Shown: positions 43,201 through 53,531, numbered from the stretch's first letter. The stretch: 64,000 nt of DNA from Podarcis muralis (GCF_964188315.1 NC_135662.1:51460001-51524000); one strand, 5' to 3'. Program-made: numbers and translations. Notes: generated by a model not told the origin, from the letters alone.

Positions 43201-46200
43201 CTAGAAAGGACACTTTGCATGCACAGAGGGTTTCCATGATTGGATAGCCTCTGGCTCTGCCTTTGTATGGACAAAAAGAAAAGGAAGCCTACAGGATGGT
43301 ATTCTGATGGCCCCAGCTGTTTTGAAATCTGAAGGTACTGCTGAATTAGTACTGTGACCTGTAAGGTAGGGCTAAGGAACTTGTGACCCCCCCCCCAAGA
43401 TTATTGAACTACAACTCCCATCATCCCCGAACACATAGACTTGTGTTGATGGGAGCTGGAATCCAATAACATCTGGAGGACCACAAATCCCCCTTCCCTG
43501 TTCTAAGAGCCCAGTTGCCTGTTTGGGAAAGACAGTCACTCTCTACCTCCAGCTGGTGAGAAGTGCAGTCAAAGCAATCTGGGTCAGTATCTGTTGATTT
43601 AGAAGCCGTGCACCACACACAGCTGGGTACATTTTGAAGAGCAATTCATATATGGAAGCTTATGTGGGTTGAAAATGACCACAACTTTACTTGTTACAGC
43701 TGGGATCACTGGGTGGGCTGCTCCTATGGGCCGTGTAAACAAACACACAAAGTCCCAGAATNNNNNNNNNNNNNNNNNNNNNNNNNNNNNNNNNNNNNNN
43801 NNNNNNNNNNNNNNNNNNNNNNNNNNNNNNNNNNNNNNNNNNNNNNNNNNNNNNNNNNNNNNNNNNNNNNNNNNNNNNNNNNNNNNNNNNNNNNNNNNCC
43901 TTCATCTTCATCAATGGAGCATGGGAGAGGGGGCCAGCATGGGGAAAAGGCAGCATCTTCCTGCAGCTCCATTATGTTCATTTAATCTTAGATGAAATCT
44001 GGATCCAACCCAGTTCTTTTAATTTAATTATAATACAGATATAACATCAAAGGGAAATTATTGGTTATACAGGTTTTTCACACCCATGTTGTGCATTACT
44101 GATACTCAAGAGTCTTATATCCATAACCAGCAATACCTGTTGTTGGCTCCACAGAAAAATAGGGTTGTTCAGAAGGGATACTGTAAAGCAGGCGGGCACC
44201 TGTTGGAGCTGTAGCTGTAACCTGAATCACCGAAGTACCTGTGGAAGTGTGGAGTGAAAGGCACAGTTCTTATGGGAGCATTTACTATAGCTAGCCATGT
44301 AAAAAAGTTACTCATTGTTTGTTAATGTTTCTATATGTATATAGACATATAGGCAACATAAAGATACTTTCTTTTCATGATCCTGTTAGGGAAAGTAAGG
44401 GTTAGGGTTAGTTTACATGCTTTATTCAATATATAAATAAATACCAGTGTAGATGAAATCCTCTTTTGTGTGTGACCCTTTATTTACCAAAGTATAGTGG
44501 ATCTCTTTACAGAGACACCCAGCTTTTGGAATTATTCACCTGAAAAGCTACCTGTCTCATTTTTTATGAGATTGCGAAGCCTAGCAGAATCTAAATCTTG
44601 TCCTCCTTTTTACTGAATTTCACTGTGAATGCCTCCCATATCACTGCAAGGACAGCTACTTTTGGATTACATTTTGCCCATGGTAACAATGTGTAAACTA
44701 ACCATTTTATGTATTGCATTTTTAGATTTCTACTATGGCCTTTAGACAAAATGGAAATAAAACTCAACTGACAGCACAATCCTATGCATTTCTGTGGAAT
44801 TTAAGTAATGTAAGTAACAATGTAATCCAGATCCATGATCTGGTTGGATTAGAGTTTGGATCTTGGGCTTTCCTGGTTGAGCCTTGCCTCAGCCAGGGCT
44901 CAGCAGCTTTAAGACTCTCTCAAAATATACATCTCAAAAGCCAGTCTAAAGAGGCACATCCACCAAAAGCTGTGTAATGAAGATGTACCTGTTTGGGAAG
45001 GGAGTTCCACATTATAGGGGCTGCCACAGGAAATGCCCTCCCCAGGGCCACCCCCCCCCCCCAAGCATCTGAGGGTGGTTGGACAGTACTCCCTAAGCCA
45101 GGCTTCTTCGAACTCAGCCCTCCAGATGTTTTTGGCCTACAACTCCCATGATCCCTACCTAGCAAGACCAGTGGTCAGGGATGATGGGTATTGTAGTCTC
45201 AAAACATCTGGAGGGCTGAGTTTGAGGAAGCCTGCCCATGCTGATCTGAACACCAAGGGGTCTGTAGGGAATGATGTGGTCTTCAGCTATTCAGGGCCTG
45301 AGTCATTTAGGGCTTTAAACACTAATTTGAGCACCTTAAATTCAGTCTAGAAATGAACTGGCAACTAGTGCAGTTGTTTTTACTTGGCCATATTTTTAAA
45401 ACAGGAGTATGGGGCCTGTGGCGCTCTAGATATGGCTCAGCTACAACTCCCATCATTCCTGGCCTTTGACTATGCTGGCTGTTGTTGAAGGGAGCTGAAG
45501 TCCAGCAACATATTGAGAGCCACAGTTCCCCCATTCCTGTTTTACACTTTGTTTTCCGCACACATGTGTACTTATGCGAGATGCTCTCTTAATTTTACAC
45601 TGGCTACAGGTTTAAGAGATAATAAAGGACTCCATATTTAAAAAAACCAAAACACAAAAAACCACCAAACCAGGAGCACTGCATCAGTCCTTAATTTAAT
45701 GCCTGTGGTGCGGCTTAAAAGAAATAAACTCAAAAGAAGCAATGCAGGCAAGACACACAACAGGATTCTGATAGCTTTTTATATCCTTGAGGTTGGTAAT
45801 GAGCATTTTCCACTGAATAACAGATAGTGCAATCCATCTAGAGAAGACAATTTTGTCTCTGGTTGGGAGCTGGCTATATCCTAGATCTAAATCTGACACC
45901 ATCCCCACGGGCCTTTCATAAGATTATACCCATGAAGGAAATATTCGTCAGAGCTTCTCATTTTATAATGCAGTGTTTATGTCTAACTCATTTCTTTCCT
46001 AACTCCTAAATACAAATACAAATCGACCTCTCTTGGGGCGTGCAAGACCTCCAGCCACTTTCTATCATAGAATCACATTATCACATCTTATCCCAAGACA
46101 TTCCACTACAACGGCATGTTTCTCTGATAAATTAGTCAGCAGCACCCTCAGGACTTTTAGATGCCTATATAAAGCTGTAACATTATCTGTAAATATGTTG

Positions 46201-49200
46201 ATAGGGAATCTGGCTGTTTTCATGGCATCAAAAGAAATGTCCCAAACTAATGGCTTGTGTGTTGTATCTCACCTGCAAACTTATTTGTATACTATTACTT
46301 AAGAAAGCAGCACAGAGTATTACATTTATTTGCTTGGAAGCTTCTTTGGGACCACATCATTTAAGTCAATTATGTCTACCCTGTGGGCCTTCAGAGGTTG
46401 TTGGACTACAACTTTCATCATCACTGACCAATGGCCATGATAGTTGGGGCTGATGGGAGTCCAATAACTTCAGGAAGGCTGCAGTTTCCCCATCCCTAGT
46501 ATATTTTGGCTGTGACTTGGTTTAAGTAAAAAGGAAGTCACTACTAAAAAGATAATCCTTAGGTAACACCCACTACTATAATCTTATTATTGTGTGGCTT
46601 CAATCATGTGATTTTTTTGAATGGCCCATGAGGCACTGAATAGCTCATGAGGCTAGACATATGGCACATAAACTGGATTGCTACATACATATGTTTATAT
46701 GATCCTGAGGTAATACGAGAAGAACAACTCTGAAATCTGCATTACAATAACCAGATGGATATTCAGCTTTTTGCAGACTTATAAGACCATTCAGGAAAAT
46801 GCTAGAAATGTGGCAACCTAATAATTTCAAAAAGTTGACAAAGATGAATCAGTTGTGCCATGGAATTTGTTCCTTCAGTAGCTTCCCCATATTACATTTA
46901 ATAGTTTCCAAATACTATAGGACCTCAAGATTGTGTACTCAAAAATGATTTCAACTAATTAAAAATGATTTCACGTGTGACTATTAGGCTACAGTGTTTA
47001 AACTGAAATGTTACTCTCACAAGTACAACAACTTGTCAGAGTTGATGAAGACGAGAACCATGGAAGCAATGAATGGAATAAGAATGCAATAATAATACAA
47101 TACAGTGGTACCTCGGGTTAAGTACTTAATTCGTTCCGGAGGTCTGTTCTTAACCTGAAATTGTTCTTAACCTGAAGAACCACTTTAGCTAACGGGGCCT
47201 CCTGCTGCCGCTGCGCCGCTGGAGCACGATTTGTGTTCTCATCCTGAAGCAAAGTTCTTAACCTAAAGCACTATTTCCGGGTTAGCGGAGTCTGTAACCT
47301 GAAGAGTATGTAACCTGAAGCGTATGTAACCTGAAGCCTATGTAACCTGAGGTACCACTATATGTCCTGAATTTGCTACTAGACAGCGGTATAAATAATA
47401 ATACCATGGAAATTGCAGAAAAACTATATGGATAAAGTTTTAAATCATATCTCAAACCCACTGAAATATAAAGTATGACAACTGCACTCAAATCTTGCTC
47501 ATTTTTATAAATGTATTGTGTCTATAGACATTTAAACTATATGATTTACACTCATTGAAAGTACCAACTAGCAGGGGGTGGGGACAGAGATCATAGCGTT
47601 GTATTTGCAGAAGAGTCTACAGTGGTACCTCGGTTTTCGAAAGTCTCTGCTGATGAACATTTCGGTTTTCGAACACCATAAACCTGGAAGTAAATGCCTC
47701 GGTTTTCGAACACACCTCGGAAATCGAACACGCCACGCAGCTTCTACTGAGTGCAAGATCCTGAGGCCTAGCTGTCGGCTATTGATTTTTTGGTTTTCAA
47801 ATGTTTTAGAACTCAAACTGTCTTCTGGAATGGATTATGTTCAAAAACTAAGGTATCACTGTATTTCCTGTTACACTTTAATTTAGTATAACACTTGTAT
47901 TTAAAACCTGAAGAAAATGTAAATGCGGGGAAGTAAGAAAGTATAGTGGCAAAGTAAGAAAGTGTATTAAATAATAAATTAATGTGCATTCATGTTAATA
48001 CAGGTATTGATTCTTGAAATCTCACTTAGAGCTAAATATTCTGCTGAAGAAACTATATAATTTGAAGAGCCCTGGAGAGACTGTGTGAATGTGAGATAGC
48101 AACTGAATGCTAGGAAGGAAGCATTTAAAGAAGAAGTTAAAACTTAATTTAAGCAGTTAAACCAGATTTAAATTGGTATATCTCCTATCCTTTTGCAGAA
48201 CCCCCAAAAAGAAGGATGTGATCTAAACAAGCTACAATTTAGATCTCAGGAAGCAAGCTAGTCCAAAAGAGATGTTCAGATGGAGAAAACAGAAAAATAA
48301 AACCAAATCAGAGATTAAAGACTCATACAGACAATGTGTTTATTGTGCATTCATACTGATTTGCTTACTCAAGGGTTATATAGTGTCCACTCTTTTTGAG
48401 CATTTGTTCTGATTTGGTTCTGGGATGCTTATGTGGCAAAGAGCCTTTTCTGCAGTGGCTCCCCATTTGTGGAATGCTCTTCTGGCATTTTCATTATATA
48501 TTGTTTCTCTATAACCTTGCCTTTGGTTGATAAAACATTGTATGGCCTTTTAAATATGTTTGTGGGAGGCGGGTATTTGGTTTTTTGTTTTGTTTTGTTT
48601 TCTTTATTGCGTGTTCTGTGTTCTCATTTGGTATTTTTATGTAACTTTGCCCAGCCTTTTGCTGCAATCTATGGGCCACAGCATCACTGGGCAAAGGCAT
48701 CCCATGATTATTGGGCATGGAACAAGGTTTATAGGAATGAGAGGGATGTGATGATTAGAAATGCTGGTTTAGAGAAACCCCATTGGTTTGCACATATTTA
48801 AAGTCCTGAATCTTTTCAAATTTTGATTCTTTAGGAAAATGAAATAATCTAGCTGCAACAGCCTACTTCATACACACAAACACATAGAATAAATGCAAGG
48901 TCAAAGTACAACACACAGTACCTCTTACAGACATTTCAGGAACAGTGGCTTCATAGGGTTCATTCAAGAAATGTGGTCCATTATCAGCCAGGGAATTGTC
49001 TTGCTTATCTACATCAGATTTCAGCTGCGAGAATAATGAGTAACAAGCTGATTTCAAGATAGGATTCAAACAAACAAACCTTATCAAATTTAATGTCAAG
49101 TCGGTTTCCCCCCAATAAGGTCAGAAATCCCTTTGATGTATTGATTTATACCAAATTGAATGAGATTGTAGTATGTCATTCTGATTGCAAAGCAAATGGA

Positions 49201-52200
49201 GTCAATTTATTTTCGTAATTAGCAGAATTTTCTCCTTGTAATAGAAACAAACAGTTGCGGAATTTCACGAATGCCCCATGATTCATCAGTTCAGATATAA
49301 AAGCTGCCCAATATCTGGAAACAACTTTCTGGAAACAACTAAAAGCATTTTTGATCTGACAGACTTTAACAGCTGGATAAATGGGTCCTTGCCATGAATG
49401 TCTATTTTGTATGATTTTAGTTTTGTTTTAAACATATTTGCTGTTTTGGTTGTCTTTATTGTAAATCATCTTGAAATGCTTGTTTGGAGTGTGAATAATT
49501 AATTGATTGATTGATTGATAATTCTTGCAAAGACTAAATAACAAGTATTTGGATCTGGTATCCATCATTTTCTATATTAGCGTGGTGAAATCTTCTCCTT
49601 AGTATGGCATCAGTGAAAAAATGCAAGTTCTTCAGATATGACAAATTTAAATGATATGAGGTGCTAATCAAAATTCAAATATTTATCAAACCATCTTGAT
49701 ATATTAAACTCCATTTCCCAAAGCTGAGAAACACCAGCCATCTTGATTAATAATCAATCAGTCTTCCCAGGGAATTCTAGGAACTGTAAGAGGAAAAGTG
49801 GTCTCCTAACAACTCTCAGCACCGTTAGCAAACTACAGTTCCCATGAATCTTTGGAGGAAGCCATCTCTGTTTAAAGTGCTATAATACTGCTTTAAATGC
49901 ATAGTGCACATGAGGCCTCAATAAGGCTTTTTAAGGCTTATATGTTTAAGGAGAAACTTCAGAAGCCGTTTCTAAATGCATTGATGACAAAAAGGAGGGG
50001 CAAAGGTACCCAGAAAATGCTTCCTATAAACAAATAGAGGCCCTCTGCATCACATTACATTCTGCAAATTAAATCCATATTTGCTTTTGGTGTTGTTGTT
50101 TTTTAAAAAAGCAAACTTTCTGAAAGCTGATCACATTTTTGTGACCTTTCTGTTAAAAGAAAAGTGACCCATATTTGCAGATTCACAAAATATAAAGGGA
50201 TTGTCTTGTTGTATCCTTTTGAAATGAGACATCATACTTCCAGAGTTTTTACTTTGAAAGGCTGTAAAAAGTAATTAATGAATTTTGAGCACTTCACCCT
50301 TTGGGCCCAATTAAATTTTAGTGCTAGTTAATTAGTGGTTAAACTTTTTTTTGCCATTCATTCAGCTCAAAAGTTGCCTTACAGGAAAAGGATGCAAGAT
50401 GGGAGATTAAAAATGGCTTTAGCATTGTGTGTTTTTTTATTCTCTTGTTTTGATTTGGTGTTGTTTTTTTTAAGTAACTAAATAACAGCAATAAAGAAGA
50501 AGGGGGAAGAATCATTAAGAAAATTACTGGGCATCGTATGCATTTTCAAACAGGGTGGAAAATAATTGCTTATTGTGCCCAAGTCACGTTAACGTAATGA
50601 ACTGTGTCGGTTCCTGGTGCTTTCTTACTGGTAAAAAGGATTTAGTATTAATCTGCTTCATTAAAAATTAATGAGGGGTAAATCAAATGCCACTTAACGT
50701 AACAGAATATCAATCTAAATAGTGTTGGTAAACTGCATTGCTGCTCAGTGTGTCTGTTCTGATGCAATGCCAAAAAAAGGGGGGGGGAGAGAAAAAGCCT
50801 AAGCAAGTTGCCAGATGTTGATAAATGAATCCTTTCTTTCTTTTCGGAAGATGGAAGGGAATTTCAAAACACTTTTGTCAATACAGCATGATACTATTTT
50901 TTAATTGCACAGTTCCTTTTCCTGTGCTGTAGCCCAGATAAAAGTCCAGAAATACGTACATACCAATCTTCAAGTTAAACTACTATGATTGGCTACCTCA
51001 GCCCATAGGGAATTCGATTCTGAGTTTGTAAGTTCCTTCAAGGAGCCAGGGAAATGCTGAGAAGTGGCCTAAACCAAATATGGTTTTAAGTTTATGATAG
51101 CAACTTTAGTGTCAAACGAGTACTTGCGGTTGAAGGACAGGCTGGATGATGAAAAGTGGTGGGAGGTGCCAACCCAAGAACCCCTTAGAGATGACATAGA
51201 GGAAGAAGACTTGGACCAGGACAGTGGTGGTGGGACACTGAGGAAGAAAGCTGGGAAGTGGTAGAAGCAGGAGGCTTGAGTGAACATAGAGAGTCAGAAG
51301 AAGGAAGCTGTCCACAGACAAGGTGGGATGCCAAGTATGTCAGTTTGAGTGCAGACTCTGAAAGAGAGCAGCCAGAAGCTGCCTCAGTTTCATATCAGTA
51401 GGCAAGTCCTTCTACAGTGGCCTCTCCTCCTCCACTGACACCAAGATCATGAAGAGCCTTGCACATTGCTGAGCAACAGGCCAGACAGGCCCAGAGGAGG
51501 GGTCACTCCTCCTCACCATAGTTTATGTCTGCTTGGGAGGAGTCCAGAGGCAAAGGGCTAAAGAGGGAAGGAGGGGACAGATGCCAGCCACAACAACGTC
51601 TTCAACTGGGGCAGTTGAGCCTGAGTGAACTCTGCTGTGTTTTCCTTTTCTGAATGAAAAAGCTGACTGCACATTGAGTCTTGAGTCATCATTCTGACCT
51701 GTGGATGATCCTGCCTGTCTGACAGTCCTAACACAGAATCTTACATGGCTCTCTGACCAAGTCCTCCAGTCCCAAGTAAAACCTTGACAGGAGATCTTTC
51801 AGATTCTCTGATGCTAAAGCATCTTTGAAAACATGGAGCAGATCGTTAAACAGTGCAAGAAGGGCAAAGATGGTGCTTATTCTTCAGGTATTGCTGTATA
51901 TTGCTGCACATCTCAGAAGAAAGGTTTCAAGGAGACTGTTCTTTCACAAGGCCAGATTGAGGGAAGATTTAGAAAAGCAAGCAGGTATTAATCAACACCT
52001 CAACGAGATGTTAAACCTCCCACAGAAAGAGTTACTGTACCTGGCCCGATTTCAAAGGATGTGTTAACATCAGTTCTTCCTGTACAACCAGCAGGTTCCG
52101 AACCCCGCCATGTTTCACTCTCTGACGTCTCACAAATGCTTGCTCCAAGTCATCGGGGTTACACTTGTGCGTACAGGGAAAACAGGGCCCAAGCTGAGCC

Positions 52201-52238
52201 AGGGTCAGTGCGAGTGAGAGCCATTTGTAACAATGCAT
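12446..52238 (-). CDS. CDH19: Cadherin-19-like type II cadherin; 11 coding exons, 2124 nt, 707 aa; lacks most of EC1
   Basis: Join(52238-52041, 49024-48922, 44238-44137, 43055-42897, 40697-40513, 39427-39174, 37025-36889, 32911-32790, 20118-20001, 14370-14119, 12939-12446). All junctions are AG/GT with matching phases. The sum is 2124 nt = 708 codons including TAG. The tail [20 protein letters not shown] and the MHCY start match recalled CDH19 rather than CDH7/CDH20. Confidence 0.92.
12991..13024. repeat. (CA)17 microsatellite about 50 nt upstream of the last CDH19 acceptor
   Basis: Read directly. Confidence 0.97.
13736..13968. mobile_element. Tc1/mariner-type MITE (TTCGAAAACC subfamily)
   Basis: TA|CAGTGGTACCTCGG...CTGAGGTACCACTG|TA. 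Confidence 0.82.
14119..14370 (-). CDS. CDH19: CDH19 coding exon 10 (EC5 end and transmembrane helix), 252 nt
   Basis: TTTTTTAAAG|NTARII...[22 protein letters not shown]...[13 protein letters not shown]|GTAAGA. Confidence 0.93.
16335..16566 (+). mobile_element. RTE-BovB LINE 3' end
   Basis: Translates as [30 protein letters not shown]; ends GAAGAGTCGGACACGACTAAATGACTAAACAACAA. Confidence 0.88.
17150..17570 (+). mobile_element. Degenerate CR1 LINE 3' fragment
   Basis: AGAACTCAGGGCCACCCATTGAAGCTGAATGTTGGAAGATTCAAGACAGACAAAAGAAAG resembles the end of CR1 ORF2, followed by 3' UTR-like sequence. Confidence 0.7.
19388..19638 (-). mobile_element. tRNA-derived SINE (Squam3-like)
   Basis: The minus strand reads GAGCCAGTGTGGTGTAGTGGTTAAGAGC (A box)...ATATCAAATCCAAAC...(TTC)n tail. 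Confidence 0.78.
20001..20118 (-). CDS. CDH19: CDH19 coding exon 9 (EC5), 118 nt; absent from the ORF track
   Basis: GCTTTTAG|[39 protein letters not shown]|GTAGGT; canonical length. Confidence 0.92.
26724..27602. mobile_element. Unclassified ATIR-plus-hairpin element, copy B
   Basis: Imperfect hairpin at 26730-26754. TTTGTGTGCCC (26758-26768) pairs with GGGCACACAAA (27592-27602). CCAAT-like, TATA-like and shared family motifs lie inside. Confidence 0.7.
28199..28267. repeat. Compound (TG)n(AG)n microsatellite
   Basis: Read directly. Confidence 0.97.
29872..30319. mobile_element. Unclassified ATIR-plus-hairpin element, copy C (short, internally deleted)
   Basis: Hairpin GGATCCTC-ctaaca-GAGGGTCC at 29872-29893. 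GTTGTGCT (29896-29903) pairs with AGCACAAC (30311-30318). AATAAAGTTGTGGCC at 30215-30229. The 3' part closely resembles copy A. Confidence 0.7.
32790..32911 (-). CDS. CDH19: CDH19 coding exon 8 (EC4/EC5), 122 nt
   Basis: TTGCTTCAG|[40 protein letters not shown]|GTAAGA. Confidence 0.93.
33376..34224. mobile_element. Unclassified ATIR-plus-hairpin element, copy D
   Basis: TTGCGTGGAC (33376-33385) pairs with GTCCACGCAA (34180-34189). Hairpin CGCCCCCCG-ttttaag-CGGGGAGCG at 34194-34218, then GTCATT as in copy B. Contains a 27-nt tandem duplication at 33878-33931. Confidence 0.72.
36889..37025 (-). CDS. CDH19: CDH19 coding exon 7 (EC4), 137 nt
   Basis: GTGCAG|[45 protein letters not shown]|GTGAGT. 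Confidence 0.93.
38389..38664 (-). mobile_element. Sauria SINE (second subtype) with about 90-nt internal deletion and 13-bp TSD
   Basis: TSD CCACTCCTGATTA at 38376-38388 and 38665-38677. The deletion is relative to the copy at 53532-53895. Confidence 0.92.
39174..39427 (-). CDS. CDH19: CDH19 coding exon 6 (EC3/EC4), 254 nt
   Basis: TACAG|ILDYENQ...GPFEDTT...DVDEPP...[11 protein letters not shown](R)|GTGCAG; canonical length. Confidence 0.93.
40513..40697 (-). CDS. CDH19: CDH19 coding exon 5 (EC3), 185 nt
   Basis: TTCTTCAAG|[34 protein letters not shown]...[10 protein letters not shown]|GTGAGA; canonical length. Confidence 0.92.
42897..43055 (-). CDS. CDH19: CDH19 coding exon 4 (EC2), 159 nt (canonical 165)
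   Basis: TTTGCAG|[52 protein letters not shown]|GTGAGT. Confidence 0.93.
43762..43898. other. Assembly gap, 137 N, inside a CDH19 intron
   Basis: Run of N between the exons at 44137-44238 and 42897-43055. Confidence 1.
44137..44238 (-). CDS. CDH19: CDH19 coding exon 3 (EC2), 102 nt (canonical 120); absent from the ORF track
   Basis: CTTCCACAG|(G)[33 protein letters not shown](G)|GTATTG; phase 1 to 1. Confidence 0.9.
47103..47360. mobile_element. Tc1/mariner-type MITE (TTAACCTGA-rich subfamily)
   Basis: TA|CAGTGGTACCTCGG...GAGGTACCACTA|TA. Confidence 0.82.
47620..47861. mobile_element. Tc1/mariner-type MITE (TTCGAAAACC subfamily)
   Basis: TA|CAGTGGTACCTCGG...AAGGTATCACTG|TA; the interior is the inverse of 13736-13968. 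Confidence 0.82.
48922..49024 (-). CDS. CDH19: CDH19 coding exon 2, shortened to 103 nt (canonical about 295 nt)
   Basis: TTCTCGCAG|[35 protein letters not shown]|GTACTG; phase 0 to 1. Confidence 0.9.
51110..51724. mobile_element. Degenerate solo-LTR-like sequence in the intron after the first coding exon
   Basis: Purine-rich, GC-elevated block bounded by TGTC...GACA. No TSD found, so boundaries are approximate. Confidence 0.4.
52041..52238 (-). CDS. CDH19: CDH19 first coding exon (signal peptide, prodomain, EC1 strand A), 198 coding nt
   Basis: [21 protein letters not shown]...[30 protein letters not shown]. Donor CAG|GTACAG at 52040. Acceptor TTTTTGTCTTCCCACAG places the exon start at 52268. 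Confidence 0.9.
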
Positions 52239-52253
52239 GCTGAAATTTCCTTT

Positions 52254-52268
52254 TCAATCAATATGCAT
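52254..52268 (-). promoter_or_regulatory. Four-codon uORF (ATG CAT ATT GAT TGA) in frame with the CDH19 ATG, starting 30 nt upstream
   Basis: Begins at the first base after the predicted acceptor. The stop lies 15 nt before the main ATG. Confidence 0.55.
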
Positions 52269-53531
52269 CTGTGGGAAGACAAAAAGTAACTCTTACAAAG
52301 CAGAACAAATATTGATTCTCCGTCAAACTGAAGGCTCAATTTTCGCCATTAGAAAGACTTTTTACTCTTGAAAGAAAGGAAGTAGAATAAAGCCGCAGGT
52401 TTTTGATTAGAAACACAAAAAGCATAAAGTCAACCTCCCCCTGCCTTTCTTTGTTTGGGAAATGTGTAAACGCCACACAGACACATTTGCCACATAAAGG
52501 AAAATAATCTTACGTATTAAGCTTGGTAATGCCTATTGTGCAACCAAGCCATTATGCTTTAAGTAGATTCCATTGTCACATTCTACCTACCCAAAATTTT
52601 GCATTTTGAGATGGAGGTGCCTAGGACATGAATGATTTGCTGATTCTAATGAGTGCAACAAGAAACAGGAATCCTAAAAATTGTGGTTGGAATGCACATT
52701 CTCTGTTCTGAAAAGAAATACTTCAGAAGTCTCATTTATGTGTTGCACGTGGGAAAAGACTAAACATGAAGCCAGGAGGTGTGGAGTCCTGTCTCCACAT
52801 CCACATGCCTCCCACTGCTCCTGATTTCTCAGTCACTGTATTCACCATAACTTATTCAGCAGAACTACTACATGATTTAGAACCTTGATCCTTTAGGGTT
52901 CAACAATGGGCAAGGAGACTTCATGCAAAGAGCAGGCTCCCTATTGGCAGAGGTTATGATGGGCACAATGATGTCAGTGGAGGCAGTCATGTAGTCCCTG
53001 GCACCATGATTATATCAGAAACATGTGAAGAATATTACCCACATGTTTGAGTAAAGATGGATGTACCTTCCAATTTCAGGTCCTCATTTTTCTGATCTTA
53101 AATTCGGTTCTCCACATTTCCATCGAAATTTTTGATCTGTTTTGGGGAAAGAAAGAAAAAAAACAACCTACAGCATTAGTGAATTTCTCCTAATAAATAG
53201 TTTTGTATTTGGTTTTGACAAATACACATATTTTTGCAAGTAATTTTTACCCAGGCGCATTTCTGTTTTGGTTTTTTCATTAATGCATGCATTTATTGGA
53301 CCCTTCCCCAGCTCTTTCCCAGGGCAAAACCATTCTGAGTCTTCTTCTCAGGGGAGTTGGGTTGTGGCAAATTCACCTCCACTCTAAGGTGGTAGTAGCT
53401 GTTTCTCATTAAAGTGCAACCAGAATGAGATCCTCCCCACAGCCCTATGTGTGAGTCACATGATTTCCAGGATCTTTTTGCCTCCTCAGAAACAGAGTAT
53501 CACAGAATTAGGATGAACTTCATTTTCACAT

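Noticed and set aside
43762-43898. The N gap might hide the missing EC1 sequence
   Set aside because: The deletion is internal to the exon at 48922-49024, 5 kb upstream in transcript order. The gap is 137 nt, shorter than the 192 missing, and the flanking exons already join in phase.
12446-52238. Calling the cadherin a pseudogene
   Set aside because: There is no stop or frameshift in 707 codons, all splice sites are canonical, and the damage is confined to one functional module. It cannot be fully excluded without expression data.
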